Origin: Candidatus Thorarchaeota archaeon
GTDB lineage: Archaea > Asgardarchaeota > Thorarchaeia > Thorarchaeales > Thorarchaeaceae
Direction of reading: 5' to 3'
DNA length: 64,000 nt
Assembly (NCBI GenBank): GCA_046758445.1
Contig: JBHIAE010000013.1
Span: forward strand, 5,252 to 69,251
In this document: piece by piece, positions 1 through 9,885 of the stretch
Layout of the letters: each line of letters opens with the position of its first letter
Position numbering within the stretch: position 1 is the stretch's first letter
The notes under the pieces: generated by a model
Seen by the model: the letters and a program-made list of their open reading frames with translations, nothing else
What the model was told of the DNA's origin: nothing
Databases searched by the model: none
Program-made: the position numbers and the translations under genes

Positions 1-1073
1 GAGAACCTCAACATATGGTCATACTTCTCGCCAAAGGCAATCCCCGGAACAGTAGTCACCCCCGTCTTCATGAGTATGAGTTCTGCCAGTGTGGTACTAC
101 TGAGCCCGTAGTTGCTGAAATCTGGAAACACGTAAAATGCCCCTTTTGGCTTTGCACAACTGACTCCTTCCATATCTGACAACAAAGCAGTGATTCTATC
201 CCGTCGTTGTTCAAAGGCGCTTCTCATTCCCTCGACATGGCTTTGGTCACCCGAGAGAGCCTCTACACCTGCATACTGGACAAAGGAAGTCGCACACGAC
301 GTGGTGTTCTGCTGAATCCGAACCATGTTTCGGATGGTTTCTGGATTGCCAATTGCATAACCCAGCCGCCATCCAGTCATAGAGTATGATTTCGAGAAAC
401 CACTGATAACTAGAGTCCGCTCCATCGACGGATCAACCTCCAGCATCGATGCCTGACTAAAGCCATCGTACACGAGGTTCTCATAGATCTCGTCACTGAA
501 GACCACGAAGTCATGATCGGAAGCCAGGTCATATATCAGCTTCATCTGATCTTTCGTCAAGATACCACCCGTCGGGTTATTTGGACTGTTGATCACCAAC
601 GCTGAAACAGTCTTGTTGATACTCCTCTTCAGAGCTTCATCGTCAAGCTCGTATCCTGGCTTCGTTGGAACATCCCTGGGCTTTGCTCCGGCTGTGCGGA
701 GCATAACGCGGTACGTGGGCCATGCTGGAGCGAGTAGTAGCACATCATCGCCAGTATCTATGCTACTAAGGAACCCTTGAAAGAGTGCCATCTTTGCCCC
801 TGGAGTAACAATCACGTCCGTCTGTCCATCTATCTTGATGCCCCTTTTTGAATAGTGCTCTCGGATTGCATCTAACAGTGGAGTAATGCCTCTGGATGCT
901 GTATATCGAGTCAGACCCTCATTCAGGGCGCGAACTGCCGCTTCCACGATGTTCGATGGCGTTGGAAAGTCTGGCTGCCCAACCTCGAAGTGGTAGATGG
1001 TCTTCCCTTCTGCTTCGAGTCGAGACGCGAGCTCAAACATCTTCAGGGTACTAGATGGAGGTATACGCTCCAT
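1..1073 (-). CDS. Class I PLP-dependent (aspartate/aromatic-type) aminotransferase; 3' end runs off the window start
   Basis: Reverse-strand translation from ATG (complement of 1071-1073) gives MERIPPSSTLKMFELASRLEAEGKTIYHFEVGQPDFPTPSNIVEAAV...; typical AAT family N-terminus and fold-type I motifs; open to position 1; not in ORF table because no stop in window. Confidence 0.8.
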   Translation of the reverse strand, partial: MERIPPSSTLKMFELASRLEAEGKTIYHFEVGQPDFPTPSNIVEAAVRALNEGLTRYTASRGITPLLDAIREHYSKRGIKIDGQTDVIVTPGAKMALFQGFLSSIDTGDDVLLLAPAWPTYRVMLRTAGAKPRDVPTKPGYELDDEALKRSINKTVSALVINSPNNPTGGILTKDQMKLIYDLASDHDFVVFSDEIYENLVYDGFSQASMLEVDPSMERTLVISGFSKSYSMTGWRLGYAIGNPETIRNMVRIQQNTTSCATSFVQYAGVEALSGDQSHVEGMRSAFEQRRDRITALLSDMEGVSCAKPKGAFYVFPDFSNYGLSSTTLAELILMKTGVTTVPGIAFGEKYDHMLRF

Positions 1074-1186
1074 GCGATGACTCGTCCAGTCCATTCTGCT
1101 TCGCCACCCATTTCATGGTCGTTCTGACCCGGAACACTTCGCAATACAGCGCGCTCGATGGCTAATCTAATATTGCTTCCGGCGGT

Positions 1187-2014
1187 CTATCGCAACCTCA
1201 TAGATTCCGCAAGAACACGCTTTTGGTGTTCAGTCCCTCTGACGGCTATCCGGTCAAGAATCGCCTCACCAAGTCCTATTTCATGTGCCCTTCGGATGTA
1301 TGGGACCTCTAGAGAATCAAACCCAAGTAGTCCAGCACAGAAGGCGTCGACGGCAACGGCATCCCTCCCGACGACAACCCCTCCCACTCTTCTCGCTTCA
1401 CCTGTCAGTCGCTCTCCCACAACGACCTCGCTCAAGTCCATTATAGTAAGATCAGGACGAGACAAATCTAGCATGTCGAGGAGGACATCATCGAGAAAGG
1501 GGTGAAGCGCTTGCTTGTCCACATCTGGGAGCAATCCAAAAAGGTTCTTAACGGCCCCGGAAACAGCGTGGCTTTCTGGATCTACCTTCAAAGTGGCAAC
1601 ATTGACCAACAGTCGGTTACCAAGAAGCGATATGGGAATCGAATGCGTCTCAAAGTGGTGACCAGGCATAACAACAAGCTTCTGTGGCTCAGTTGTCAGA
1701 TTTACCAGTTTAACTTGATTTCCTGCCAATTCATGATATCCACATTGCGAGAAAGCATCGGATGTGGTTCTGAGCGGATTATCACTCTCAACGATGAGGA
1801 TCTCTGAAGATTCTTTGAAGAGTCCAACAACAGAGTGCATGATGTCCAAAGAGGTGTTGCCTGGCAGCTTCGGATCCAGAATTGAGGGTTTGACCACAAC
1901 TCGGTCAATTGAGCCTGATATTGACAGCGGCGAGGAAAGACTAGCCAATGCTGTTGTCAGAGCTTCATGGACAGTTCTCTTGACAGCGATTGCAACCTCA
2001 ACAGGATGCTCCAT
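1187..2014 (-). CDS. DUF362-family protein (putative Fe-S-associated, function unknown)
   Basis: 275-aa ORF; overall similarity pattern to DUF362 proteins (recollection of family, not a search). Confidence 0.5.
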   Translation of the reverse strand: MEHPVEVAIAVKRTVHEALTTALASLSSPLSISGSIDRVVVKPSILDPKLPGNTSLDIMHSVVGLFKESSEILIVESDNPLRTTSDAFSQCGYHELAGNQVKLVNLTTEPQKLVVMPGHHFETHSIPISLLGNRLLVNVATLKVDPESHAVSGAVKNLFGLLPDVDKQALHPFLDDVLLDMLDLSRPDLTIMDLSEVVVGERLTGEARRVGGVVVGRDAVAVDAFCAGLLGFDSLEVPYIRRAHEIGLGEAILDRIAVRGTEHQKRVLAESMRLR

Positions 2015-2138
2015 GATATCGAGATACGACTCATCCTTGCTTTAAGTGAGCCCCTAAGCGGTTCAATTTGATGAGGTGTCAGAAACGCAAGCAATGGATT
2101 GGATTGTTGCTTGTGCTGATGCTTTGATACATTCGTGG

Positions 2139-2969
2139 TCATGTACCGAAGAACAGTCTCCTTGCGCGCTGCTTTCGCTCTTCCTCAGTTTCGTCTGTTT
2201 CAGGAGGAGGCGGTGGAGGTGGCGGCTTGCTCTTGACGGGGGGTTCGTCTGTTTCTTCAATCTCTATCGACTCTTCGATTGAGGCGTAATCCGATTCAAT
2301 ATCAAACTCATCTTCATCCTCAAATTCGTCATCAGGAATGGGTGGCTCGTCATATGGAGTCCATACCTCACGCCTTTCAGAAGTCGGTGATACTTCAGGA
2401 GATTCTTCCTCATCAGATAGTGCATAGTCCTCAGTCGACTCAATAGCTTCTTCATACTCATGCATGGTTTCGGGTTCCATGTCCTCACTTTGAAGAGTCA
2501 TCTCCTCAGCGAGGACAGAACGCATGATCTCTTCAGGACTGGAGGGTTCAGTCTCCACAGTGGTGGTGTCCAAGGGCGTTACTTCAGACTCGTCCATTAT
2601 GGATTCAGTGACACTCGAGTCAGCAACGGATTCCTCAGGTGGTGTTACCTCGAAGTCGTATGATGCTGGCTCGTCGGGCTCCGATTCTTCAGAGTCTGGA
2701 CCCGCTTCAAGACTCGATTCAGCCATGCGAGCCTCTTCAGCCATCTCTTCGGCTCCCTTTCCATACTTCAGCCCAAGTTCCTTTCCAAGACAGGACTCAC
2801 AACGCTTTGCTGCTGCAACCAACCCTTCAGCAAGGAACTCATCAAGAGACTTAGCATCTTCTGGATGCCTGCTGGCCCACCTCAAGAATGAGTCTACCAT
2901 TCGTAGAGCATCTCGTACACCAATCCAATAGTTGTCGTCCTTCTCATTCGAACTCACGAATGCCACCAA
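2139..2969 (-). CDS. Hypothetical protein with structured N-terminal domain followed by highly acidic low-complexity region and a 9-residue polyproline tract
   Basis: 276-aa ORF; C-terminal half dominated by E/D/S/T, ends ...KSKPPPPPPPPPETDETEE...; codon periodicity maintained. Confidence 0.4.
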   Translation of the reverse strand: MVAFVSSNEKDDNYWIGVRDALRMVDSFLRWASRHPEDAKSLDEFLAEGLVAAAKRCESCLGKELGLKYGKGAEEMAEEARMAESSLEAGPDSEESEPDEPASYDFEVTPPEESVADSSVTESIMDESEVTPLDTTTVETEPSSPEEIMRSVLAEEMTLQSEDMEPETMHEYEEAIESTEDYALSDEEESPEVSPTSERREVWTPYDEPPIPDDEFEDEDEFDIESDYASIEESIEIEETDEPPVKSKPPPPPPPPETDETEEERKQRARRLFFGT

Positions 2970-3023
2970 TTGAGTTAAGCCCGGATTCCGAATAAAGCCT
3001 TTGTATCACACTGCGTTGAAGGG

Positions 3024-3512
3024 CTATTTCTTCGAACCTGCGATCTCGAGGATCTCCTGTAGTAGGTCATCCAAGACATTGTTCACTTCAGTCTTCTTGA
3101 ACTTATCAAGCGAATTCCCCAAGCATATGACACGAGTTGGTGTTCCCTCTCCGAGGTTGTTTCGTATCTCATTTCGGTACACCGTTTCAATCTGGGGGTC
3201 GGCCTCCCTAAGGACTATGATGACACCCTTCGCACCCTTGTATGTCAGGGAGAGAAGAATGTCCAGGGCTGCGTGTTCTGGTGACATGAAGAGAGTCCTA
3301 ACATCAGAGTCCGCAAGTTCAAGTTTCGTCGCGCCAATTCTGATGCCGTCCACTGCGACAACCTGCTGATTAAACACAGCCAACACTCTTCCCAAGAGCA
3401 CGTCTTCCGGGCCCACGACTGTAATCTTGAAGAGATACCGAGACTTCTGCTTGGGCTTCTTCTTGCGTTTGCACTTTGGTTTGGCTTTCTTTACTTTCTG
3501 CTTGGACGGCAT
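3024..3512 (-). CDS. Hypothetical protein with lysine-rich N-terminal tail; globular domain of unknown function
   Basis: 162-aa ORF; N-term MPSKQKVKKAKPKCKRKKKPKQK; no P-loop lysine found so not a canonical GTPase. Confidence 0.4.
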   Translation of the reverse strand: MPSKQKVKKAKPKCKRKKKPKQKSRYLFKITVVGPEDVLLGRVLAVFNQQVVAVDGIRIGATKLELADSDVRTLFMSPEHAALDILLSLTYKGAKGVIIVLREADPQIETVYRNEIRNNLGEGTPTRVICLGNSLDKFKKTEVNNVLDDLLQEILEIAGSKK

Positions 3513-3600
3513 GCTAGTCCCTCATTATTGCATCCCAATGCGGCGCGGCGTGACTTAAAAAAACTCACACTGTATGTAAACTACTCTTTAGCATAGATAT

Positions 3601-4032
3601 GTGTTGTGCGGAGGTGTTCAAAGGACAGCGTATGCACATAGATTATTAAGCGAAATCAGAGGGGGCCAAAATAGTGAGATAGAATTGGCCACAAGCAGCG
3701 AAGTATTTGAGGCCCTCAAACCTGTTATGGATCCAGAACACCCTGTAAGCATCACTGATCCAAGATTGGCAATTGTGAAAGAAGACTATATCAGAGTCAC
3801 CGGAAGTCTCATTCGAGTACTATTCAGACCAACAGTTGGGCATTGCCCAATGTCCGGTCTTATCGGAATTCTTATTCGCCATCGTCTTGAGCAGGTCTAC
3901 CCTGATGCTGAAGTGAAGGTCACTCTTGTACCGGGCTCCCATAATATGGAGAACGATGTCAACACGATGATAAGCGATAACGATAGGTACTCCAGCATAG
4001 TGGAACAGCTGCGAGAACGTGGAATGATCTGA
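3601..4032 (+). CDS. DUF59/MIP18-family Fe-S cluster assembly-associated protein
   Basis: Motif ...PTVGHCPMSG (T-x-x-x-C-P hallmark of DUF59) and DPEHPVSITD..IV start typical of family; true start may be downstream (e.g. ATG 3727) of the longest ORF. Confidence 0.55.
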   Translation: MLCGGVQRTAYAHRLLSEIRGGQNSEIELATSSEVFEALKPVMDPEHPVSITDPRLAIVKEDYIRVTGSLIRVLFRPTVGHCPMSGLIGILIRHRLEQVYPDAEVKVTLVPGSHNMENDVNTMISDNDRYSSIVEQLRERGMI

Positions 4033-4056
4033 ATCGACAAGCAGAGAGGTTGAAGC

Positions 4057-4437
4057 TTGAGAAGAGGAGAACAACTAGTCATCGCAGGTTTCATCACTGT
4101 CTTCATAGGTCTGGTCATTCTTGCATTCTCTTCTGTGAGTCCCGGGGAAGGATTCTTCTTCGTCTTTCCATTCTTCTTCTTCGCGGGTTCGAATGCTGCG
4201 ATAGGTCTGCTCCTCGTAGGTGCGATATTCGTCCTGATATTCTACTTCATACGAACGTTGCAGGTGTCGACTACGACAGAAGCACAGTGGAACACTCGTC
4301 AGGATAGACCTTCGTATGTGAGACTGACCAAAGTATGTGACTTCTGTGGAGAGCCTGTACCAGAGGGAGCATCATTCTGTCCTTCTTGCGGCAGTCCTGC
4401 TCAGCGTGAGTCAACCAGTGACTACTATTCACAGTAG
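4057..4437 (+). CDS. Small membrane protein with C-terminal zinc-ribbon
   Basis: Two hydrophobic segments then CDFCGEPVPEGASFCPSCG (CxxC...CxxC). Confidence 0.45.
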   Translation: MRRGEQLVIAGFITVFIGLVILAFSSVSPGEGFFFVFPFFFFAGSNAAIGLLLVGAIFVLIFYFIRTLQVSTTTEAQWNTRQDRPSYVRLTKVCDFCGEPVPEGASFCPSCGSPAQRESTSDYYSQ

Positions 4438-4451
4438 GCTGCAATTCTCTG

Positions 4452-4934
4452 TTGGAGGATGAGAAAGTGGCTTGGCAGATTCGTCCGGCTCAAGAAAGAG
4501 ACGTTGCCAAAATCAAAGCCATTGAGAACGGGAGTTTTCCGAGACCGTGGGATGAGAGTCTCTTTCGCATTATTGGTGCATGGAGAGGGCGTGTGCCGAT
4601 AGAACGTAACAGAGTCATCTTCATGTACGTGGCAGAAACTGATGAGGAACTTTTGGGATACGTCGTTTGGGAGGAAGATGTGACCGAGAGAATTGGACAT
4701 ATCCTCAACGTTGCTGTAAAGACAGAGAGAAGAAGAGAGGGACTAGGAACAGCACTAATCAATCATGCATTTGATACGCTACGCTCACACAGAATCAATT
4801 CATGTAGACTTGAAGTCCGTCCAAGCAACACTGCCGCACGTCGACTATACGAGCGTGCGGGCATGGCCGCACAGCATGAGGAGAGCGGATACTACGGAGA
4901 TGAAGACGCAATCGTCTACAGCATCAAACTATGA
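4452..4934 (+). CDS. GNAT N-acetyltransferase, RimI-like
   Basis: 160 aa; GNAT core motifs (LNVAVKTERRREGLGTALI; acetyl-CoA binding R-x-x-G-x-G/A); 3' end overlaps convergent gene by 6 nt. Confidence 0.7.
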   Translation: MEDEKVAWQIRPAQERDVAKIKAIENGSFPRPWDESLFRIIGAWRGRVPIERNRVIFMYVAETDEELLGYVVWEEDVTERIGHILNVAVKTERRREGLGTALINHAFDTLRSHRINSCRLEVRPSNTAARRLYERAGMAAQHEESGYYGDEDAIVYSIKL

Positions 4935-7900
4935 CCCGCTCTTGCGTCCACTAGTCAGTCGTGGTCCAAGGAAGTGTTGATACAACTGGAGGTATGAAGA
5001 CTCAGTTGACACAATCGCAAGGTCAGAGTCAGACTCCTCTGACCCTCCGATAAGAATCTCGCTGTCATCTTTGACCGCCAGTGTGGTTGGCGACGCTGTC
5101 TGCCAGATCCTCCAGCCCTTCAGGGCTTGGAGTTCAGGGCTGGCCTCCTCCATCTCAGGGATTATGAGTATCCTTCGCCTTGGAGCCTTTGACTTTGCTA
5201 GCTTCTTGAGATTAAGGCAGTCAAGACTTAGAACTGAAATGACCACTGATTCCTCTGCTCTGGCGACCATGTCCTGCATGTGAGCACAGATCTCACCACT
5301 TCCGGTGACATACCAAGTCCTATCACTAGGAACTGCCAACAACTCTTCTCCGGAGGCCTTGACAGCTTCTAGCGTTTCCATAGTTCGATTGGTGATTTCA
5401 GAAACCGCTTGAACAGCCTCATCAATCTGAGATTCGATAGTGCTCAGGGTCTTCTTCTGCTCTGTCCCCCACTGCCGCATTGTCTTGTCCACGTGTTCTG
5501 CAAGACTATTCAGCGCATCATTCCTTCCCTGTCGAAGAACTGACATTCCCTCTTTTGTATCTGTAGCGGCCTTGGAAGCACTAGCACCTATCTCGGAGTT
5601 CTTGGATGTGAGATCGCTTCTAACCTTCTCCACGAGTCGTGCTGTTTCGCCGCCAAGATGGGTCTTGAGATCTAGACCGATTGACTCGAGCTTTCTGGCC
5701 GAAAACTGGTTTGAAACGAGGACTCCTTGTTTGGCTTCAGAGAGAGCATTCTCAACGTGTTTAGTTGACAGGGTTGAGACTCGCTCGAGAAGTCCATGTG
5801 CTTCTTCCGCGACTGGTTGAGCCAACTCCGTGAACTTTGAGAACGAGGAGTCAATCGCCGCCGTGGCTCCATGACAGTATTCATCGACCTTCTCTGTGGC
5901 TTCGGCAACAGACGCGTCTATAATTCCCTTGAATGTCTCTGGCATGTCAGAGAATCCCTCTCCTACGTTTGTTAGTAGGCTCGTTGATTTCTCTCCGAAT
6001 TCGGTTGACAGTTTCCGAAGACTAGCCTCCGATTTCTTGAGTAGTGCTCGACTAAGGCCTTCGTAATCCTTGAGCCTCTTCTCGCCTCGTTCTCCAATCT
6101 TCGAGGCCACCTTGTCCGCGGCCTTCGTAATGCCACTTGCCAACGTGGCCATCTCTGCGTTCAATTTGGTCCCAAGCTGTTCCAACGAGGATGTAAGATT
6201 TCCTGCCGCTGTTTCTAGTCCTTCGGACGCTCCGATGAATGCCAACGCAACCTCGTTTCTTCGCTCCTCTATGGCCGCCACAGCCTGTTCTCTTGTGGTT
6301 CTTACTGCTTCCGACCTAGACGCGTCCTTCTTGGCAAGAGAAGTTTGAAACTTCTCAACTCTCTCATTGGAAGATTTCAAGAGCTTAGACGCAAGACCAT
6401 CCATCTTCTTGCTTGTACTTGCCAAAAGCTTCTCGCGTGATTCATCTTGTTCAGTGAAGTATGTGTCGATGACGGACTTTATCTTCGCAGTATTCTTCGA
6501 CATTGAGCTTTCAGCAGTGTCTGTGACACTTACCACTCTCTCCGCTATGCTGTCGCGTGCACTATTGACAGTAGATTTGAACTCCTTCGAAACTTGCACG
6601 ATGTTGTCCGCGAACTGGCGAATCGTCCCAGTTTCCATTTCCTTGAGAGCATCTTGTGTGCTTCTCACAGCATCTTCTATGCCACTGAGAGCATCGGCCA
6701 TAGACTTGGAGATCTCAGTCCGCTTCTCCACAGTAAGATCCTCGAGCGCCTTCCTCATGCCATCAACAGCTCCGACGAGCTCATCTACCTTGGCATTCAG
6801 CTCCACCGAGAACTCCTGTTGCAGTTTCTGAGAATCCTCTTGGAGAGATCCAATCTCTGACTTTAGCGACCCCTTGAACTCCGTGTGAACCGAGGCAATT
6901 AGATCGCGAGCTTCGGTGGTCTGACTAGAAAGGAATCCGTTGAAAGTGGCTTCAATGCTCTTCGTCAGATTGATGAACTGTCTGGTTATGTCCTCAACTT
7001 GAACATGGAACTCATTGCGTATGCCTTCCGAGTGTTCGTCAATTCGAGCTACCTGCTCTTCAATTGCCTGGTCGATCTCCTTCTGAACTCTGTTAGCATG
7101 TGAAGTCAAAGCACTCACACCTGACTCGAGTCGTTTGTCAACACGTTTGTTGAAACTGCCATACAGTGCCTTAGCCTCAGTTATCTGAGACTTTGTAGTT
7201 TCGGCGTAACCAGCTATGACTTCAGAAAGTCGTTCGCCGACATCAGCTTCGAACTCGTGCGTGATCTTCTTCACAGAAGTGAGAGCAGACTCCTGCTTCG
7301 TTGCAGAGGTTTTCATCACGGTGTTGTATGCCGACTTGAGTCTGCTGTTTATCGCCTCAGCGAGCGTGTCAATCTCTGAGGCTTCTGTGTCCAAAATCGC
7401 ACTTACTTCCTCCACTACCTGAGTGAGATTCTGGTTCATGGACGTGAGCGCACGCTTTGACCAGTTGTCGATATCGGTAATCGCCTGAAGATTGGCCTTG
7501 TCAAGCTTCTCCTCATGGGCATTTAGTTGCTTCTCCAGAAGCGCTAGAGTGGATTTTCGACAAGTTCCAAGGTTTGCCTCGAACTCGGTATGCACATTTG
7601 TCGCCATATCCTTCAAGGACTCATACTCATCGTCGAACACTTTCTGAGTCTTATCGATGAGACCGGAGGCTGCTGTCTTTACGTTTTCCAAGTACTTTGT
7701 TTCTGTAGACTGGATCTGGTCAAGTTGGGACTTCAGCGACTGAGTTGCCACGTCCATGAACGCCGCAACTTCAGCCTTCCATTCTTCAACATCTGCTCTC
7801 ACTGTTTCAGAGAGTTGAATTGCCTCCTCAATGCGAGTCTTGGCGAATTCTGCCTCTTCGCGAACTTGGTCTCGATTCCTTGATATCATCTCGTTCAGCG

Positions 7901-8840
7901 ACCCTTCGCCTGCCAGATAGCTAGAACTCAATTGTGCGTCAAGCTTAGAGAGCATCGCCTCAAGGTCCTCGCTGGCCGTGGTCAACGCCGCTATTGCACT
8001 GTCAGATGCACCTGTTGACTCTTCAGAGATCCTGCTACTCATCTGTTCCCCAGAAACCTGTACAGCTCTTCTTGATTCCTGTAGAGTGGAAGACAATGAG
8101 GCACTGAGGGATGCGACTAGAGCTGCAATCTTACTCCTTAGTCCATCCACGGCAGCTGCTGACGATTTGTGCTCAGCAGTCAGAACTCTCTTGAAACTCC
8201 TCGTAGTCTTATTGAGTTCGTGATCGAGAGCCTTCTGGCTCTTGTCAAGTTCTTGTTGGAGCGCGGTGAGTCGAGTGCCAAGGCCTTCATCAAGAGTCAC
8301 ATCTAGACCTGTCAACGCTTCTTCGATACTTTGTGCGAACTCGCTGAGGACCTGGGTCGCAAGAGTGGCGACGGTATCAATCTGGGATTGGACGGTGTCA
8401 ATCGTGTTGGACTCGTAGCTCTGTAAAGCAACTCTTCCATCATCGATGGTATTCTTATGGGACTCTAGAACCACCTCGATGTTTTGGTCCACCCTCTCGA
8501 ACTGGGCCTCGAACAACTTCCGAGTTTCCTCAGAGAATGAGCCCAGATCTCCTTTGATAGAAGAGAGCACATCATCTAATGCAAGAATCGTAGGAGCCAA
8601 TCGATAGACTTCTACCACGCCATCTACCTTTCGAATCAAGCCCTTCTTTTCCAGACGCTTGAGCGCACTTCCCACCTTCCTCCTTGACTCACCAGTGATC
8701 TCGACGATTCCCCCAGATGTAAGATTACCCCCAAGGAATATCGAGAGAACCACTTTGGCCTCAATATCCGTTATTCCAAGATTCCTCTTTAGTACTGGAA
8801 TACTCTCAACTACTGTACTTCCACTCAAATCCAATCCCAC
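4929..8840 (-). CDS. Giant (1303 aa) coiled-coil protein with N-terminal winged-helix (TrmB-like) DNA-binding domain and small C-terminal globular domain
   Basis: N-term ...DIEAKVVLSIFLGGNLTSGGIVEITGESRRKVGSALKRLEKKGLI (wHTH); ~1000 aa of heptad-like E/K/Q/L/A/S-rich sequence; no Walker A/B so not SMC/Rad50. Confidence 0.6.
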   Translation of the reverse strand: MGLDLSGSTVVESIPVLKRNLGITDIEAKVVLSIFLGGNLTSGGIVEITGESRRKVGSALKRLEKKGLIRKVDGVVEVYRLAPTILALDDVLSSIKGDLGSFSEETRKLFEAQFERVDQNIEVVLESHKNTIDDGRVALQSYESNTIDTVQSQIDTVATLATQVLSEFAQSIEEALTGLDVTLDEGLGTRLTALQQELDKSQKALDHELNKTTRSFKRVLTAEHKSSAAAVDGLRSKIAALVASLSASLSSTLQESRRAVQVSGEQMSSRISEESTGASDSAIAALTTASEDLEAMLSKLDAQLSSSYLAGEGSLNEMISRNRDQVREEAEFAKTRIEEAIQLSETVRADVEEWKAEVAAFMDVATQSLKSQLDQIQSTETKYLENVKTAASGLIDKTQKVFDDEYESLKDMATNVHTEFEANLGTCRKSTLALLEKQLNAHEEKLDKANLQAITDIDNWSKRALTSMNQNLTQVVEEVSAILDTEASEIDTLAEAINSRLKSAYNTVMKTSATKQESALTSVKKITHEFEADVGERLSEVIAGYAETTKSQITEAKALYGSFNKRVDKRLESGVSALTSHANRVQKEIDQAIEEQVARIDEHSEGIRNEFHVQVEDITRQFINLTKSIEATFNGFLSSQTTEARDLIASVHTEFKGSLKSEIGSLQEDSQKLQQEFSVELNAKVDELVGAVDGMRKALEDLTVEKRTEISKSMADALSGIEDAVRSTQDALKEMETGTIRQFADNIVQVSKEFKSTVNSARDSIAERVVSVTDTAESSMSKNTAKIKSVIDTYFTEQDESREKLLASTSKKMDGLASKLLKSSNERVEKFQTSLAKKDASRSEAVRTTREQAVAAIEERRNEVALAFIGASEGLETAAGNLTSSLEQLGTKLNAEMATLASGITKAADKVASKIGERGEKRLKDYEGLSRALLKKSEASLRKLSTEFGEKSTSLLTNVGEGFSDMPETFKGIIDASVAEATEKVDEYCHGATAAIDSSFSKFTELAQPVAEEAHGLLERVSTLSTKHVENALSEAKQGVLVSNQFSARKLESIGLDLKTHLGGETARLVEKVRSDLTSKNSEIGASASKAATDTKEGMSVLRQGRNDALNSLAEHVDKTMRQWGTEQKKTLSTIESQIDEAVQAVSEITNRTMETLEAVKASGEELLAVPSDRTWYVTGSGEICAHMQDMVARAEESVVISVLSLDCLNLKKLAKSKAPRRRILIIPEMEEASPELQALKGWRIWQTASPTTLAVKDDSEILIGGSEESDSDLAIVSTESSYLQLYQHFLGPRLTSGRKSGS

Positions 8841-8873
8841 CGTCTTACGTTGATGATGCTGTTCTCGAGCAAG

Positions 8874-9698
8874 CTATTTTGCTCTCTTGCGCCGTTTGAG
8901 TTTTGAAACTCTATCAAACAACACGAGCAGGTATTGTACCTCGAATGGATCTGCTGAACCATCCGAGATCACTTCGGCCTCAATATGCATCGAACTGTCC
9001 GTAGCATCCACAAAGAAGTCCTCATAGGCGCTGAGTGCGTCATCCTCCAGAAGAGGCTTGGTCTTTGTAGACTTGGCACTAGCGAGGTCCATCGTAAGAA
9101 GCCACCAGGTGTCAGTTGTATCTGATGCCGAGGCATCTATGTCATAGTGTTTGGAGAGCAGTTCTACATACAACTTGAAGATCTGGAAGTCTTCCACTTC
9201 ATGGTGCCGTGGATTGATGATTACGATGCCACGAGCAAAGTCGAACTGAAACAATAGGTCATCTCCTGCGACCAACTTGACATTGCCCTCCTGAGCTGTT
9301 GTGGTCTTGTTCCAAATCTTGCCAAATCTGGAAACGAAGTGCTTCAACGAGCTGACTCTGAGAGTTGACAAGAAGTCCTTGGTCTGGAGTCGACGATCAA
9401 CCATCCCTCTGCCCTTACGTTCCAGTACGAAACGTTTGACTTGCTCAAGATATTGACTATAGCAGAAGCTAGGAAGATTCTCTGGATCTATACCCAATTC
9501 AATCAGCATGTTGAGGAAGTTGCGGTCTTTGCACGCTGGACGCACCGTGCAGCCCAGACGGTTCTCTTCACACTCTTTGCACTTCTCCTCATGTAGTTCT
9601 ATGAACTCCTTGGCAAGCTGCTTATCCGACACCTTGTCGAGCAGCGCAATTCTCGATGCAAAACCGGTGCTACGTTGTTTCGAACTCATTACTTCCAT
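8874..9698 (-). CDS. Hypothetical protein with Cys4 cluster (CKECEENRLGCTVRPAC)
   Basis: 274-aa ORF, co-oriented 34 nt upstream of giant coiled-coil gene; C-terminal KRRKRAK basic tail. Confidence 0.4.
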   Translation of the reverse strand: MEVMSSKQRSTGFASRIALLDKVSDKQLAKEFIELHEEKCKECEENRLGCTVRPACKDRNFLNMLIELGIDPENLPSFCYSQYLEQVKRFVLERKGRGMVDRRLQTKDFLSTLRVSSLKHFVSRFGKIWNKTTTAQEGNVKLVAGDDLLFQFDFARGIVIINPRHHEVEDFQIFKLYVELLSKHYDIDASASDTTDTWWLLTMDLASAKSTKTKPLLEDDALSAYEDFFVDATDSSMHIEAEVISDGSADPFEVQYLLVLFDRVSKLKRRKRAK

Positions 9699-9885
9699 CC
9701 ACTCACTGAGTACTCTATGGATACAGATAGACCTAGAGCAGTTCGGTCAATACTCTCGCCACAAGAATAGCGGCGAAAGTGTTTCAAGTTGCGCAATTGC
9801 CTTTCAGTTTGATAAGTTTATGGCCCCTGTCACCGCTTCTTCTCGACCAACCCACTGCTGAAACCTAGATTCCACCCCATCAAGG

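Noticed and set aside
2524-2931. 135-aa and 71-aa plus-strand ORFs antisense to the acidic/polyproline protein
   Set aside because: Ser/Gly-rich mirror of an acidic low-complexity coding region. The minus-strand ORF is twice as long. Some ambiguity remains and is noted in the findings.
5071-8223. Several plus-strand ORFs of 60-150 aa (5071-5283, 5440-5820, 6070-6348, 6367-6831, 6594-6860, 7216-7422, 7590-7883, 7978-8223) lying inside the giant minus-strand coiled-coil gene
   Set aside because: They are antisense to a long uninterrupted ORF with strong repetitive coding signal. Their composition (S/L/A/C-rich) mirrors the coiled-coil codons. No motifs were found.
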